Virus record (IMG/VR): IMGVR_UViG_3300043607_000009
Coordinates: 441-64,440 of that record
DNA length: 64,000 bases
Source of the DNA: a virus
Reading direction: 5' to 3' (one strand)
The notes beneath the pieces were generated by a model. The model searched no databases. It was not told the origin of the DNA and saw nothing but the letters and a program-made list of their open reading frames with translations. Shown here in pieces: positions 44,995-54,269 of the stretch (positions within the stretch are counted from its first letter, which is position 1; every line of letters begins with the position of its first letter). Position numbers and translations under genes: made by a program.

Positions 44995-47715
44995 TCACCC
45001 GTATGGAGAGTCGCGGCTCTTGAGCTTGAGTTGTTTGGCGCGCTCGATCTGCGCCTTGAGCTTCTCGGCCTCGGGATCTTTGGGGATTGTGAGTGCGCCG
45101 ATGAAGTTATCCATCAACGTTTTGAGACCTTGCGTAGAAGTGTCGAGTAGATCGTCATGCTTGAGCGAACCTTCGCCCGAGTACGTACATACCTGCGAGA
45201 TAACAGGCTCGGCCCAATTGCGGAACTCCCGAGGCTTTTGATCTGACTCGATGGCCCACACCCGGCCATGCGACCACAGCGGCGATACTACGTGAAGACG
45301 AGCGAGCTTGTCCAAATCGCCTGGATCGTAGCCTTCGGCCAAGATCTCTTCGGCGGCCAACGACTGAATCAGCGAGATCCCGGAGCTCTTCGTCTCGATC
45401 AGGATCACGTCGATCTTCTTGCCTTGAGGGCTGCGCTTGTACGGCCCGACGATCATCGGCTTGCCGCGGAACGAGTGCACGTTCACTGGCTCGCCGTAGC
45501 GACGAAGCCGTTCGGTCTTCACGCGCTTGATGAGCTGCGGAAAACCAAGCCATTCTTGCCACGCATCGAGCAGCATCACGTGGTAGACGGGCGGCGTGCC
45601 GTACTTGAAGAGGCCCCACACTGTGCACGCGGACGGATCGTTCTCTTGCGAGCGCTCGCGAACTTCGTTCTTCTGGCGCACCGCGCGTACGCGCCGGCCC
45701 TTGTCGTGCTGCTCCTCGGTGAACGCGGTGTCGAGTGACATGAGCACGAACTGGAACTTCGGCAACGCTCTGTCGTTCGGCCACATGCGCCACTGCGAGC
45801 GCTTCACCCACCCGGACTCTTCCGGATCGAGCACTTCGCCGTGGATCTCTTGTCGGCCGATCTTGGTGCCTTCGTACTTGGCAACGTTCTTAAAGTAGGA
45901 AGCAGTCAAGTTCTCGCGGTTCTCGTACGTGGAACCGACCGTGATGATCACGTCGGTCCGCTTCATGAGATCCCGGATGAAGATCGAGGGCTTCGGCGTG
46001 CCCGTCACGCACAAGCGCGGGTGCGGCCCGAGGCGTAAGCCAAACTGCAAGTTGTCCCACGCATCGTCGGGGTACATCCACGACGCGATCTCGTCGAGCC
46101 AACCGGCTGCGTGCTGCGGACCACGAAGTCGCTCCGGTGCGTCGCCTGCGAAGCCGCGGATGATCGAGCCGTTCCACAGCGTGATCGACGGCAACGCAAG
46201 GTTCTTGTCCACGATCAGTTGCGGCGGCACGACGGCGTAGAGTCCGGTCGGACCTTCGAAGCACGTATAGCGCACGTCGTCTTTGGTGGGTGCCACGACG
46301 CAGTACATCGACGGGTAGGTGGCGCCCTCGATACCCAACCAATTCGCGCCCGCGAGGGTATTGTGCGTAGGGATTAGTCCTTCGCCTAGCAAGTACAACG
46401 AATGGGGCGAATCTACTGAAATGCATCGCATGGGTTTAGATGCGATACGTTCGAAACCCACGATCATTCGATGATGATTCCTACTTCCTTGAGATCCTTC
46501 TTCCAATCGCACTAGGGCTGCTTTTCGTTTCAGTCGAAAACATTGAATAGTAGGGCGCCAAGTTACTCTCCACTTCGGGCCGCAATCCCGACCATAGATA
46601 GTTGCACGCCCCTCGACTGTTTTGGGCTTTTGCCCTAACGAACGGGCGATTTCTACGACTGCGTCAACCAACCGTTTATTAGTATTCGTGAACTCTACGT
46701 AGCCCCTCACAGGGCTGATAAAGCCGTCCGAATCTAAAAGTCCTTGAAGAAGAGCTATGCGTTGCTCTATAGACGTCAGTAGATAAATCGCAGGAACGTG
46801 TTTGTTCTTTATCAGTCCACAGGCTTTGAGCAGCCCCCGCAACCCCACAAAACGGACCAAAATTGCTTGAGATCGTTTGTCATACCCCAAGCTTTTAACT
46901 TCATAGGGGACATACGATGCTTCTTCTTGCCATTCCCTCTTATGACAAGTTATCCCGCCGTGCAAGCTATCCCCGTCGCCCAGCCAGAGGCCCAACGTGT
47001 AGGGGTCGATCGGTAAATCTTTTCGCGGGAAAACTAGTGCCTTACACAGGGGGATGGAATGATTCGTATCTTTTCGGTTTCCGTAAGTAAATGTCCGAAT
47101 CAGAGTATTCGTTGAGATCGTCTGGGGCCCAGCCCCCCTACCCGAGCGCCATACAGGCCAGTCTTCAGAAAACGTTCCTGAGGTCTCAGGAACTGCGCGG
47201 TTATACGCTTGACGTGCAGCATGAGTCCACGTTGTCCACTGATGGTCTCCGCAGCAATCGATATACAACCCGTCCGAAAAATACAATCGATAGGCTTCCG
47301 CAGGATTAGGTACTTCGAATGTACCTGTCACATTGCAGGGACTCCCGGCCGCATCAAAAACCCGATCCCCTATAACTAAGTCCGCAAGACGCTTCCAACC
47401 CTCGGGCGTACAGACGGGAGTTTCAATGTCGGCCGCCTTACCGAACCCTCGGCCGGAACGGATGATCCAGATGTCCTTCAGGAATTGGTCGAATTCCTTC
47501 GGCGGGAGTTGTTTCTGACGCGCGAGCGACTTCCACACCATGCGCCATCGCAGGTATTGGAGTTCCTCGGGCGTGAACGACTCTAGGTCCGAACGGAATT
47601 GCTGAAGCGGCTTGGGGAGTTTCTCTAGATCGAGCTCGTAATTGAACTCGACCTTCCGATGAAGCGAGGAGAAATTCACGCTCACCACTTGATTCGTAAT
47701 CATAAGTGGCGCCAA
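44995..47715 (-). CDS. terL: terminase large subunit with intein (about 547 aa spliced)
   Basis: GRGFGK^T Walker A, LRGPQ, WLDE Walker B, GTP, DTA nuclease Asp, DDLLD. Confidence 0.95.
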   Translation of the reverse strand: MAPLMITNQVVSVNFSSLHRKVEFNYELDLEKLPKPLQQFRSDLESFTPEELQYLRWRMVWKSLARQKQLPPKEFDQFLKDIWIIRSGRGFGKAADIETPVCTPEGWKRLADLVIGDRVFDAAGSPCNVTGTFEVPNPAEAYRLYFSDGLYIDCCGDHQWTTWTHAARQAYNRAVPETSGTFSEDWPVWRSGRGAGPQTISTNTLIRTFTYGNRKDTNHSIPLCKALVFPRKDLPIDPYTLGLWLGDGDSLHGGITCHKREWQEEASYVPYEVKSLGYDKRSQAILVRFVGLRGLLKACGLIKNKHVPAIYLLTSIEQRIALLQGLLDSDGFISPVRGYVEFTNTNKRLVDAVVEIARSLGQKPKTVEGRATIYGRDCGPKWRVTWRPTIQCFRLKRKAALVRLEEGSQGSRNHHRMIVGFERIASKPMRCISVDSPHSLYLLGEGLIPTHNTLAGANWLGIEGATYPSMYCVVAPTKDDVRYTCFEGPTGLYAVVPPQLIVDKNLALPSITLWNGSIIRGFAGDAPERLRGPQHAAGWLDEIASWMYPDDAWDNLQFGLRLGPHPRLCVTGTPKPSIFIRDLMKRTDVIITVGSTYENRENLTASYFKNVAKYEGTKIGRQEIHGEVLDPEESGWVKRSQWRMWPNDRALPKFQFVLMSLDTAFTEEQHDKGRRVRAVRQKNEVRERSQENDPSACTVWGLFKYGTPPVYHVMLLDAWQEWLGFPQLIKRVKTERLRRYGEPVNVHSFRGKPMIVGPYKRSPQGKKIDVILIETKSSGISLIQSLAAEEILAEGYDPGDLDKLARLHVVSPLWSHGRVWAIESDQKPREFRNWAEPVISQVCTYSGEGSLKHDDLLDTSTQGLKTLMDNFIGALTIPKDPEAEKLKAQIERAKQLKLKSRDSPYG
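46360..47436 (-). mobile_element. Class-3-type intein (359 aa) with in-frame LAGLIDADG endonuclease in the TerL P-loop
   Basis: Starts with Ala; block B DHQW, block F MRCISV, block G PTHN, Thr+1; LGLWLGDG and LQGLLDSDG motifs. Confidence 0.88.
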
Positions 47716-47796
47716 TTCTCCCCTGCGTACGAGTACGCTCGCGACTGCATCACAGCCACGGGAGTTTACGCTAGTGCAGGTCGTCTCGGGGTGGCG

Positions 47797-48213
47797 TTAC
47801 TCGGAAGCCTTGTCCACGGTCGCGGGCTCCGGCTCGATACCGAAGAAGGCCCGCACGATCGCGACGAACATGTTCCCTTTGCCCTTGTGATAGGCGCCGA
47901 GCATGTCCCACGGCAGTAATGCCGGATGTCGCTTCGCCTTGGCGTCCAAGATCGGACCGAGCGTGTAGCCGATCTTCGCCATGATCGAGAGCCACTTGTT
48001 GTGGTGTTCCTCGGCCGTGGCTTCGCGGTTCTCGATCACGGCCTTCACGCCCTTGATCGCCGCCTGCTTCGCTTCGTCGGTGAGCGCTGCCCACGGATCG
48101 CGGTGCTCGTTCTGCGCCGCGGAGTAGGCGACGATTGCCTGGTGCGCTATCTTCGCAGCCATTTCGATGTTCTCGTCGGTGATAGCACGTCGGAGTGTCT
48201 TCGCCATGATCAT
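47797..48213 (-). CDS. RyR-domain-like phage protein
   Basis: AKIAHQ...W..L...E.HHNKW......GYTLG...D.KAKRHP.LLPW..L. Confidence 0.6.
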   Translation of the reverse strand: MIMAKTLRRAITDENIEMAAKIAHQAIVAYSAAQNEHRDPWAALTDEAKQAAIKGVKAVIENREATAEEHHNKWLSIMAKIGYTLGPILDAKAKRHPALLPWDMLGAYHKGKGNMFVAIVRAFFGIEPEPATVDKASE

Positions 48214-48443
48214 CCCCCGTAAGGTTGAATCGGTTGATTGGGCGGACTAGTGAACCACTTCTGTTGAGCGCGCGCCACGTGAAGCTGGTAGAGCACGTAC
48301 TCCCGCGGCGGTTGGATCACTTCGTTGGGCGGCGGAAGCTGCGCGCCGTGAAGCGTCGGCACGAGCGACTCCGTGCTGCGCATGCCGATCCACACGCCGA
48401 TCGCGTGCTTGGTCGGCTGCGTGGTGATGCTATCGCGGGGCAC
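48210..48443 (-). CDS. hypothetical protein
   Basis: Overlap-coupled to the RyR-like gene. Confidence 0.4.
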   Translation of the reverse strand: MPRDSITTQPTKHAIGVWIGMRSTESLVPTLHGAQLPPPNEVIQPPREYVLYQLHVARAQQKWFTSPPNQPIQPYGG

Positions 48444-48505
48444 GTTTCGGGACGTTGAGCTCGCGAGTTGAGAACTTCATTGTTGTTATTCCTGAGAGTG
48501 AGAGC

Positions 48506-48525
48506 GAGCGGGCCGAAGCCCGCTC
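48506..48525 (-). terminator. stable hairpin with C(UUCG)G tetraloop
   Basis: GAGCGGGC-TTCG-GCCCGCTC on minus strand; no U-tract. Confidence 0.35.
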
Positions 48526-48580
48526 ACCTAGTGAAACAACCGTCGAAGGAAATCGACGATCGCCTTTACCGCCCTCCTGA

Positions 48581-48895
48581 TTAGTTCCAGGACGGAGCGG
48601 CCGGGGCCACCAGATCCAAAGGGACGCCCGCCTTGACCACGAAGTCGGACTCGTTGCCGGCCGCGTCCAGCGCGGTCAGGTAGAGGTCCGCGACGAAACC
48701 GTCCGGGGGCGTGCCGCCGCCCAAGCCGGCGATCTCGGCCGAGTCCACGACGCCATCGACGCCCACGGCGCTGAACGGCGCCGCGTAGACCTCGTTCGCC
48801 GTCACGACTTGACCGGCCGGGAACGCACGAAGCCGATGCTCCACTGCCCCCGGCGTCGGGTTGAACGATAGATTCGTGAAATTGATCTTTGCCAT
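48581..48895 (-). CDS. single Ig/FN3-like domain protein
   Basis: GGAG SD + ATG 48895; LYLTALDAAGNES motif. Confidence 0.55.
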   Translation of the reverse strand: MAKINFTNLSFNPTPGAVEHRLRAFPAGQVVTANEVYAAPFSAVGVDGVVDSAEIAGLGGGTPPDGFVADLYLTALDAAGNESDFVVKAGVPLDLVAPAAPSWN

Positions 48896-48915
48896 GAGAA
48901 CTCCCTTGTGGTGGT

Positions 48916-49593
48916 TTAGAACGTCGGAGGCTTGATCCAGAAGTGCAGCCAATACCCCTTGTCGATCGACGAGAGCCACGCGCTGCACCCGATCGCGTTG
49001 CACGCACGCACGCGCGGGGTCCAATGCCCGTTGCGTGTCGCAGTGAAGAGTCGCGTCGGCACCGTGGTCGTGGTCGCATCGACGACTTTGTTCTCGTAGT
49101 GGGTGAGCTCCCATTCGTAGCGCGTCGCCGTCGGAACGGCCGGTGTCGCGAGCACCATCGAGTCGCCGAGGTAGCCGATCCGCGTCGAGAGAACGGTCGT
49201 AAACGTCGCCGGGGGCATCGGTGTAGTCGTGATGTCGGTCGGGCGCGCAGGCGCCGTGGGCTCGGCCGAGATCGTCTTCGTCGCGACGTTCGAGAACGCG
49301 CTCTCGACGGCCGCTGCGTTGTATGCCGTGACGACGAAGAACCATACGCCCGCGCACAAGTTGGTCACTTGGTACGAAGCGGCCGCAGGGTTGGTGATCT
49401 GTTGGTTGTTCGGGTAGTTGCCTTGCGCGAGGCCCCAATAGGCTTTGAAGCCCGCGAGGTTCGTAAGCGCCGTGCCATCGGTGTTCTGCGTCGGCGGGTT
49501 CCACGTGAGCAACGCCGAGCCCATGCACGATTGCGCGTGCGCGAGCGACGAGCAGAGCAACGCGAGAGCGAACGCGAAGAGGTAGCGGAACAA
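48916..49593 (-). CDS. secreted fibronectin type III protein
   Basis: Signal peptide ending AHA-Q; LTWNPPTQNTDG..LAGFKAYWG...FVVTAYN...ES..S; second FN3-like domain ending RVRACN. Confidence 0.75.
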   Translation of the reverse strand: MFRYLFAFALALLCSSLAHAQSCMGSALLTWNPPTQNTDGTALTNLAGFKAYWGLAQGNYPNNQQITNPAAASYQVTNLCAGVWFFVVTAYNAAAVESAFSNVATKTISAEPTAPARPTDITTTPMPPATFTTVLSTRIGYLGDSMVLATPAVPTATRYEWELTHYENKVVDATTTTVPTRLFTATRNGHWTPRVRACNAIGCSAWLSSIDKGYWLHFWIKPPTF

Positions 49594-49645
49594 GGAGGGG
49601 GCCTCGTATTTTTCGGCGATGCTACACCCGGCCGCGGGGCGGACG

Positions 49646-49885
49646 CTAGCTTCGGTTGGAGAACGTTACCGTGTAAGCGTCGTACCCCTCGGCGGGGTTG
49701 ATCGTGATCGTGATCGTGTCGTAGCCTTGCTCGTGGACCGGCTCGTGGACGTGCTCGAGCTCCTCGAGCGTGGTGTGCGTGATCAGGAACGTTCGTAGTG
49801 GGGGGCGGATCGACGCCGCTCCCATCACAACCGACGGGACTACCGCGGTCGTTAAAGCGCCGGTTAGGAACGAGCGTCGATCCAT
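49646..49885 (-). CDS. small protein with twin-arginine-like N-terminus
   Basis: MDRRSFLTGALTTAVVP. Confidence 0.45.
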   Translation of the reverse strand: MDRRSFLTGALTTAVVPSVVMGAASIRPPLRTFLITHTTLEELEHVHEPVHEQGYDTITITINPAEGYDAYTVTFSNRS

Positions 49886-49900
49886 GCGCGCAATCTACGC

Positions 49901-50200
49901 CTAGATGTCGAGAATGTGAATGGGGCGGATCTCGAGCCGGCACATCGTAGGGTCGTGGCTCTCGGCGAACCAGCACAAGACCCAACCACGGTACTGCGGC
50001 CGCGGATCGTAGCGCTTCCACGCCTTGCCCTCGTACACGCCTGTCGGGTTGGTACCTGAGTAGTCCATCAACGCGAGGAATTCACGCGGCGAAAGGATCG
50101 CGACTCCGCGCTCGATCATGAGCCGCTTCGGCTGATCCCAACTGCGGCCGAGCGGGTCCGTGATCGGCGGAAGTCGTTCCGGGAGTGAGAAGCCAATCAT
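49901..50200 (-). CDS. hypothetical protein
   Basis: ATGA overlap with ATPase stop. Confidence 0.5.
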   Translation of the reverse strand: MIGFSLPERLPPITDPLGRSWDQPKRLMIERGVAILSPREFLALMDYSGTNPTGVYEGKAWKRYDPRPQYRGWVLCWFAESHDPTMCRLEIRPIHILDI

Positions 50201-51921
50201 TCGAAGAGATACGACGCAGCCATCGCATTCCCGTTGTCGAGAGTGATGAGCTTGCGCGCGCGAAGCTCCTTCAACGTCTGGTACGTGGTCGTAGTCTTGT
50301 AACCGGTCTGCTCTGCGATTGTGCTCTTGTGCACGTACTCGGGGTACGCATCCACGATGACTGAGAAGATCTTGGAGCCGCCCGCCCCGAGTGTGCGATA
50401 CCAATAGTCGATCAGCGCACGTCCGGTCGGAAGCTGCGCGTAGTCGCCGAGCACGTCGAGGCCCTCTTGCGTTGGCAGCCACTTGTCACCATCACGCTTC
50501 GCGTAGCCCGCCGCGCGCAACTCCTTCAACGTTTGGTAGCGCGTGGTGGCCTTGTAGCCGGTGATGATCGCGATCTGCGTCTCGTCTGCGCCGTCGTACT
50601 GCGCGAGCACGGTCAAGACCTTGCGATGGCCCTTGCCGAGCTTCACGTCGATCGCGTCGCGTGCGAGCTTCTTCATCTGCGGACCGAGCACCTTCGCGAA
50701 CTGCGCCGGCCGAGGGGCACCCGTCACGCGCCCCGGTCCACCAGGCTGCAAGATCGGCTTCAGTTCGGTGAGCAGCGCTTCGACGTTGGTCTCGTTGAGC
50801 TCGTCGGGCGTGACGGAGATCTTGTTGATCGACGCGAGGCGCCGACGCAGCAAGTGGTTCTGCGTGCGCAAGCCGCTGCGTTCCTTCGCAACGGCCTTGA
50901 GATTTTCGCGGAGTTTGTTGTGCCTCTCACGCCACGAGGCGTACGTGCGCGTTTCCTTCGCTGCGGCCGGTGCCTTCTTGCCGAGCTCCTTCGTGAGCCG
51001 CTTCACTTCTGCGCGGAGCGACTCGACGGTCTCGGCCACGACTGGCGTCTTCAGTTGCGATTGCAAGCGTTCGACGAACGCACCGACGTTGGCGATCTTG
51101 CCCGCGCGCTTGGCGAGCTCGGGCCGGCGCCGATCCGGATGGTAGGTCTTGATCTTACCCGCCTGCACCCGCTTCACGTCGTTCTCGTCGCCGCGGAACA
51201 CCCACGCTTCGCCGGCATCCATGTTCGGCATGGAGTTGGTGATCTCGGTGCTCATCGCAGGCGTTACGCGGTCGATCCACTTCGAGAGCGCGTCGATCGC
51301 GTGCGAGCCGCGCTGCTTCATGAGCACGAGGTTCTCGCACATCTCAAGCACGGCCTTGTTCACTTCCTGCGAGCGCTGATTGATGAGCGTGATGCCAATC
51401 GACTGGTTGCCGCCCATGCGCACGATCTTCTCGATCTCGGCGTAGGTCTCGCCATCCAAGATCCGCTGCGGCACGAACTCGGCCGCCTCTTCGAGGAAGA
51501 TGTGCCGCACGCCCTTGTTCTCGTAGTGCAGCACGCGGAAGCACTCGCGGACGATCGTCCGCCACGCGGCCTTGGAGAGTTTCTTGTCGTAGAGATCGAA
51601 GACTATTGGGATGTTCTCGGTAATGGCCGAACGCATGATGAGCGGCGCGGTTGCAGGCGTGAGCTCGAGATCTGGCTCTACGCCACCAGCCACCACGATC
51701 GGGTAGCCCTTGCCGCCCTTCGTTGCGGAGCGGCGCAAATGACGCCACACGCCAGTCGGATCGAACACGACGGGTGGGATGCGTGCATCCAAGAGCTGCT
51801 CGGCGATGCCTTTCGCGAGCGTGGTCTTGCCGGTGCCGCGGATGCCTAGAATCGCGTTCGCTTGGATCGCGTAATCCTCGTCGCGGATCTGCGCCGAGCC
51901 AATCTTGATCGTGCTAGCCAT
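50197..51921 (-). CDS. HerA/FtsK-superfamily (DUF87-like) ATPase with C-terminal winged helices
   Basis: GIRGTGKT, FDPTG, FLEEA, INQRS; two repeats G(Y)K.TT.YQTLKELR. Confidence 0.8.
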   Translation of the reverse strand: MASTIKIGSAQIRDEDYAIQANAILGIRGTGKTTLAKGIAEQLLDARIPPVVFDPTGVWRHLRRSATKGGKGYPIVVAGGVEPDLELTPATAPLIMRSAITENIPIVFDLYDKKLSKAAWRTIVRECFRVLHYENKGVRHIFLEEAAEFVPQRILDGETYAEIEKIVRMGGNQSIGITLINQRSQEVNKAVLEMCENLVLMKQRGSHAIDALSKWIDRVTPAMSTEITNSMPNMDAGEAWVFRGDENDVKRVQAGKIKTYHPDRRRPELAKRAGKIANVGAFVERLQSQLKTPVVAETVESLRAEVKRLTKELGKKAPAAAKETRTYASWRERHNKLRENLKAVAKERSGLRTQNHLLRRRLASINKISVTPDELNETNVEALLTELKPILQPGGPGRVTGAPRPAQFAKVLGPQMKKLARDAIDVKLGKGHRKVLTVLAQYDGADETQIAIITGYKATTRYQTLKELRAAGYAKRDGDKWLPTQEGLDVLGDYAQLPTGRALIDYWYRTLGAGGSKIFSVIVDAYPEYVHKSTIAEQTGYKTTTTYQTLKELRARKLITLDNGNAMAASYLFE

Positions 51922-52244
51922 TCAAGGTCTCCAACTTATGCACCTAGCCAAGGAAGATCCCACAACCAGCCGCGTTTTTGTTCCGGCGTGTATGCGCAGC
52001 GTCTACGACGCCGCACGAGCGCAAGGTGCCAACGAATTGAACGGTGACTGCATGCGGCAGAGCCATGCAGGCTTCGTCTTCATCACTACTCCACCGCCAA
52101 TTCGGTTGGGGCTCGCGGAGGCGCGCGGTGTTGCACGATCTCGTAGACGTAGCCCGCGACGTAGAAGCACGTCAACAGCACGATCACGACGACCACGATC
52201 AACGCGACCATGGAGCCGTTGTTCTTGTTAGCCACTGAGGTCTC

Positions 52245-52475
52245 CTAAAACGGAATTTCGTCGTCCCATTCGGGGTCGTAACGCACGGGCTTCGACGAGG
52301 CATCGCCCACAATAGGCTCTAAGAAGTCGAACGCGAACTGTTGCTCGCGTCGCTTGCTCTTGTCGAAGAGCGGCACGTCATGCTTCGTCGAACGCGAACG
52401 CTTGCGGTCGTCAAAGTTTACGCGCCGCTTGTTGCCCCCAGACTTCACCTTGCGCACGGTCATTGGCTGCCCCAA
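52245..52475 (-). CDS. small protein ending in an SSB-like acidic tail
   Basis: C-terminus EWDDEIPF*. Confidence 0.5.
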   Translation of the reverse strand: MGQPMTVRKVKSGGNKRRVNFDDRKRSRSTKHDVPLFDKSKRREQQFAFDFLEPIVGDASSKPVRYDPEWDDEIPF

Positions 52476-52657
52476 TTGCCAAAATTGCCGAGGATCTCGT
52501 CGAAGTCATCCCACTCGCCGTAGGCGCACGTCGAGCCTCGAGGGACGTCTCCGCCCATACGCGATGTCGAACGCCGGTGCGTTGATTCAGCGAAGTTGAC
52601 GCGCCGCTTATCCGATCGGGAGCGCGGGGTCTTCTTCGTCGGCCGCTTCTTCGCCAT
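52460..52657 (-). CDS. small basic hypothetical protein
   Basis: Shares KRRVNF with the neighbouring gene. Confidence 0.4.
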   Translation of the reverse strand: MAKKRPTKKTPRSRSDKRRVNFAESTHRRSTSRMGGDVPRGSTCAYGEWDDFDEILGNFGNWGSQ

Positions 52658-52832
52658 CGTCTGCCTCGTACATCACGCACATGCAGTCATCGGCTTCGCA
52701 CTCGCGCGATTCGTCACGGTGTTCTTCGACCGAGTGCCCGCACATGCACGGACGGAGCTCCGTAGTCACCGCTGCTCCAAGATCTCGACGAGCTCGCCGA
52801 GGAGGAAGAGGGCCGTGAGTGCCAACCAACAC
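52608..52832 (-). CDS. small Cys/His protein
   Basis: CMCGH...H...C....CMC. Confidence 0.4.
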   Translation of the reverse strand: MLVGTHGPLPPRRARRDLGAAVTTELRPCMCGHSVEEHRDESRECEADDCMCVMYEADDGEEAADEEDPALPIG

Positions 52833-52853
52833 GCGATCAAGATGCTCATCGGC

Positions 52854-53201
52854 TTACGACTTCTTCTTCGAGACCGTCTTGGCGCCCGTGACTTTCTTCA
52901 CGGCCGGCTTGCCGGTTGGCGTGCCGTTCAACTTGTGCAGGTTCTTCGCGACCAAGCGTTGCTTGCGCCGGTCGTTCGGGTCGTCCTTGTACGTGAGCCA
53001 ATCGTTGTTGAAGAGATCGAACGCGAGCCGCGAGACGGTCGAGATCGGCATGCCGCAGTCGCGTGCCACGTCGTTGATGGTCGGCGGCGTCGGGCACGAG
53101 GCGACGTAGAAGAGGATCGCCGCGCCGTTCAACGTGTTGATGTTCGACTTCGCGATCTTCGCGAGCAGATCCCGCGACGTGATGATTTCTGACTTGTCCA
53201 T
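52854..53201 (-). CDS. MarR-like winged-helix regulator
   Basis: GGAG SD + ATG 53201; TINDVARDCGMPISTVSRL...DPNDRRKQ. Confidence 0.75.
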   Translation of the reverse strand: MDKSEIITSRDLLAKIAKSNINTLNGAAILFYVASCPTPPTINDVARDCGMPISTVSRLAFDLFNNDWLTYKDDPNDRRKQRLVAKNLHKLNGTPTGKPAVKKVTGAKTVSKKKS

Positions 53202-53651
53202 GATTACTCCGTGAGAATGGATATACCGAGGGCAAGTGTATCGCGTAGCCGAGGCGTTTGCACGCTCTTGTTTCCGTAAATGAGGGCATTTCGCCCACGT
53301 ACACAAGCAATGTCGCGTCTGGCAACGACGACACCACACCTTGCGGCCATAGCACGCAGAGCAGTATTGCGCGTAGGCCGAAGGGCTCACACCGAGGGCT
53401 TACCCTGCTCGTGCGCGAGCTTCGCTTTCGTCCAGCCTTGGTAGTACGCCCATGGCTTGCCTCGTTCGGCTCGGCCGCGGTGTGTAAGGTTACGAGGGGG
53501 CTTGGGCTCGCCGCGATGGTATGCACGCCAGCCCTTAGCCATCATGCCGTTGAACGGGCACTTGGTCTTCGGCCGCGCCTTGTCGCCGCCTCGGTAGCGG
53601 CCCGCACGGAAGCGTTCGTTTAATGCTGCCGTTGACCCCGGCTTCGGCGGA

Positions 53652-53698
53652 GCTCCGCGCCTAGTCATTGCGGCTCCGCGCCTAGTCATTGCGGCTCC
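53652..53698. repeat. 21-bp tandem duplication (2.2 copies)
   Basis: GCTCCGCGCCTAGTCATTGCG x2 + GCTCC. Confidence 0.9.
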
Positions 53699-54269
53699 TA
53701 TCGCGATCGAGCTCGGTGCCGTAGCTAGCGGCCGCTTGTCCTTCGTTGTCGTCCGGATCATCCGGCAGCGTCGGCTTCAAGAAGTTCTCGGCGGTTGTGA
53801 CAAGCTCGTTCACCGAGTCATACGCCTTCACGTAGAGCTCGTAGAGCTTCGGCGCGCAGAGGAACTTGATCGTGCGGGGCCAGTTCCCCCACGGCCGCAC
53901 GTCCAGCTTCTCGTTGCCGGTCGGCACGGCGCTGTGCGCGACTTGCGAGATCACGATGTGCCACTCCGCACCGATGCGCGTGAAGCCTAAGAACGTCTCG
54001 TGAAGGCGCGCATCGACTTGCAGCGACACTTCGAGGTTCACGCGGCGCAGCTCCATCTCCATGTTGCGGTAGCGCTCGTTGATCAAATCGCACAATTGAT
54101 CGAGCCGTTGCACCGCAGTCGGCATGCGCAACAGCATGTCGGAGAGCGGCAGCATCGGCGGAGGCGGAGCAGGGACTTCGACGCGCGCGGGGGCTTTCCT
54201 CCGCTTGTACTTCAACGATGTCATGCGAGCAGGACGAGGCGGCGCTTCGCGGACTTTCTTCACGGCCAT
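53682..54269 (-). CDS. hypothetical protein
   Basis: AAGGAG SD; 195 aa. Confidence 0.55.
   Translation of the reverse strand: MAVKKVREAPPRPARMTSLKYKRRKAPARVEVPAPPPPMLPLSDMLLRMPTAVQRLDQLCDLINERYRNMEMELRRVNLEVSLQVDARLHETFLGFTRIGAEWHIVISQVAHSAVPTGNEKLDVRPWGNWPRTIKFLCAPKLYELYVKAYDSVNELVTTAENFLKPTLPDDPDDNEGQAAASYGTELDRDRSRND

Noticed and set aside
46360-47436. Nested out-of-frame gene in the terminase intein
   Set aside because: Only short overlapping ORFs without motifs; the endonuclease is in frame
52400-52610. KRRVNF as a eukaryotic PP1-docking RVxF motif
   Set aside because: Short motif, bacteriophage context; chance match
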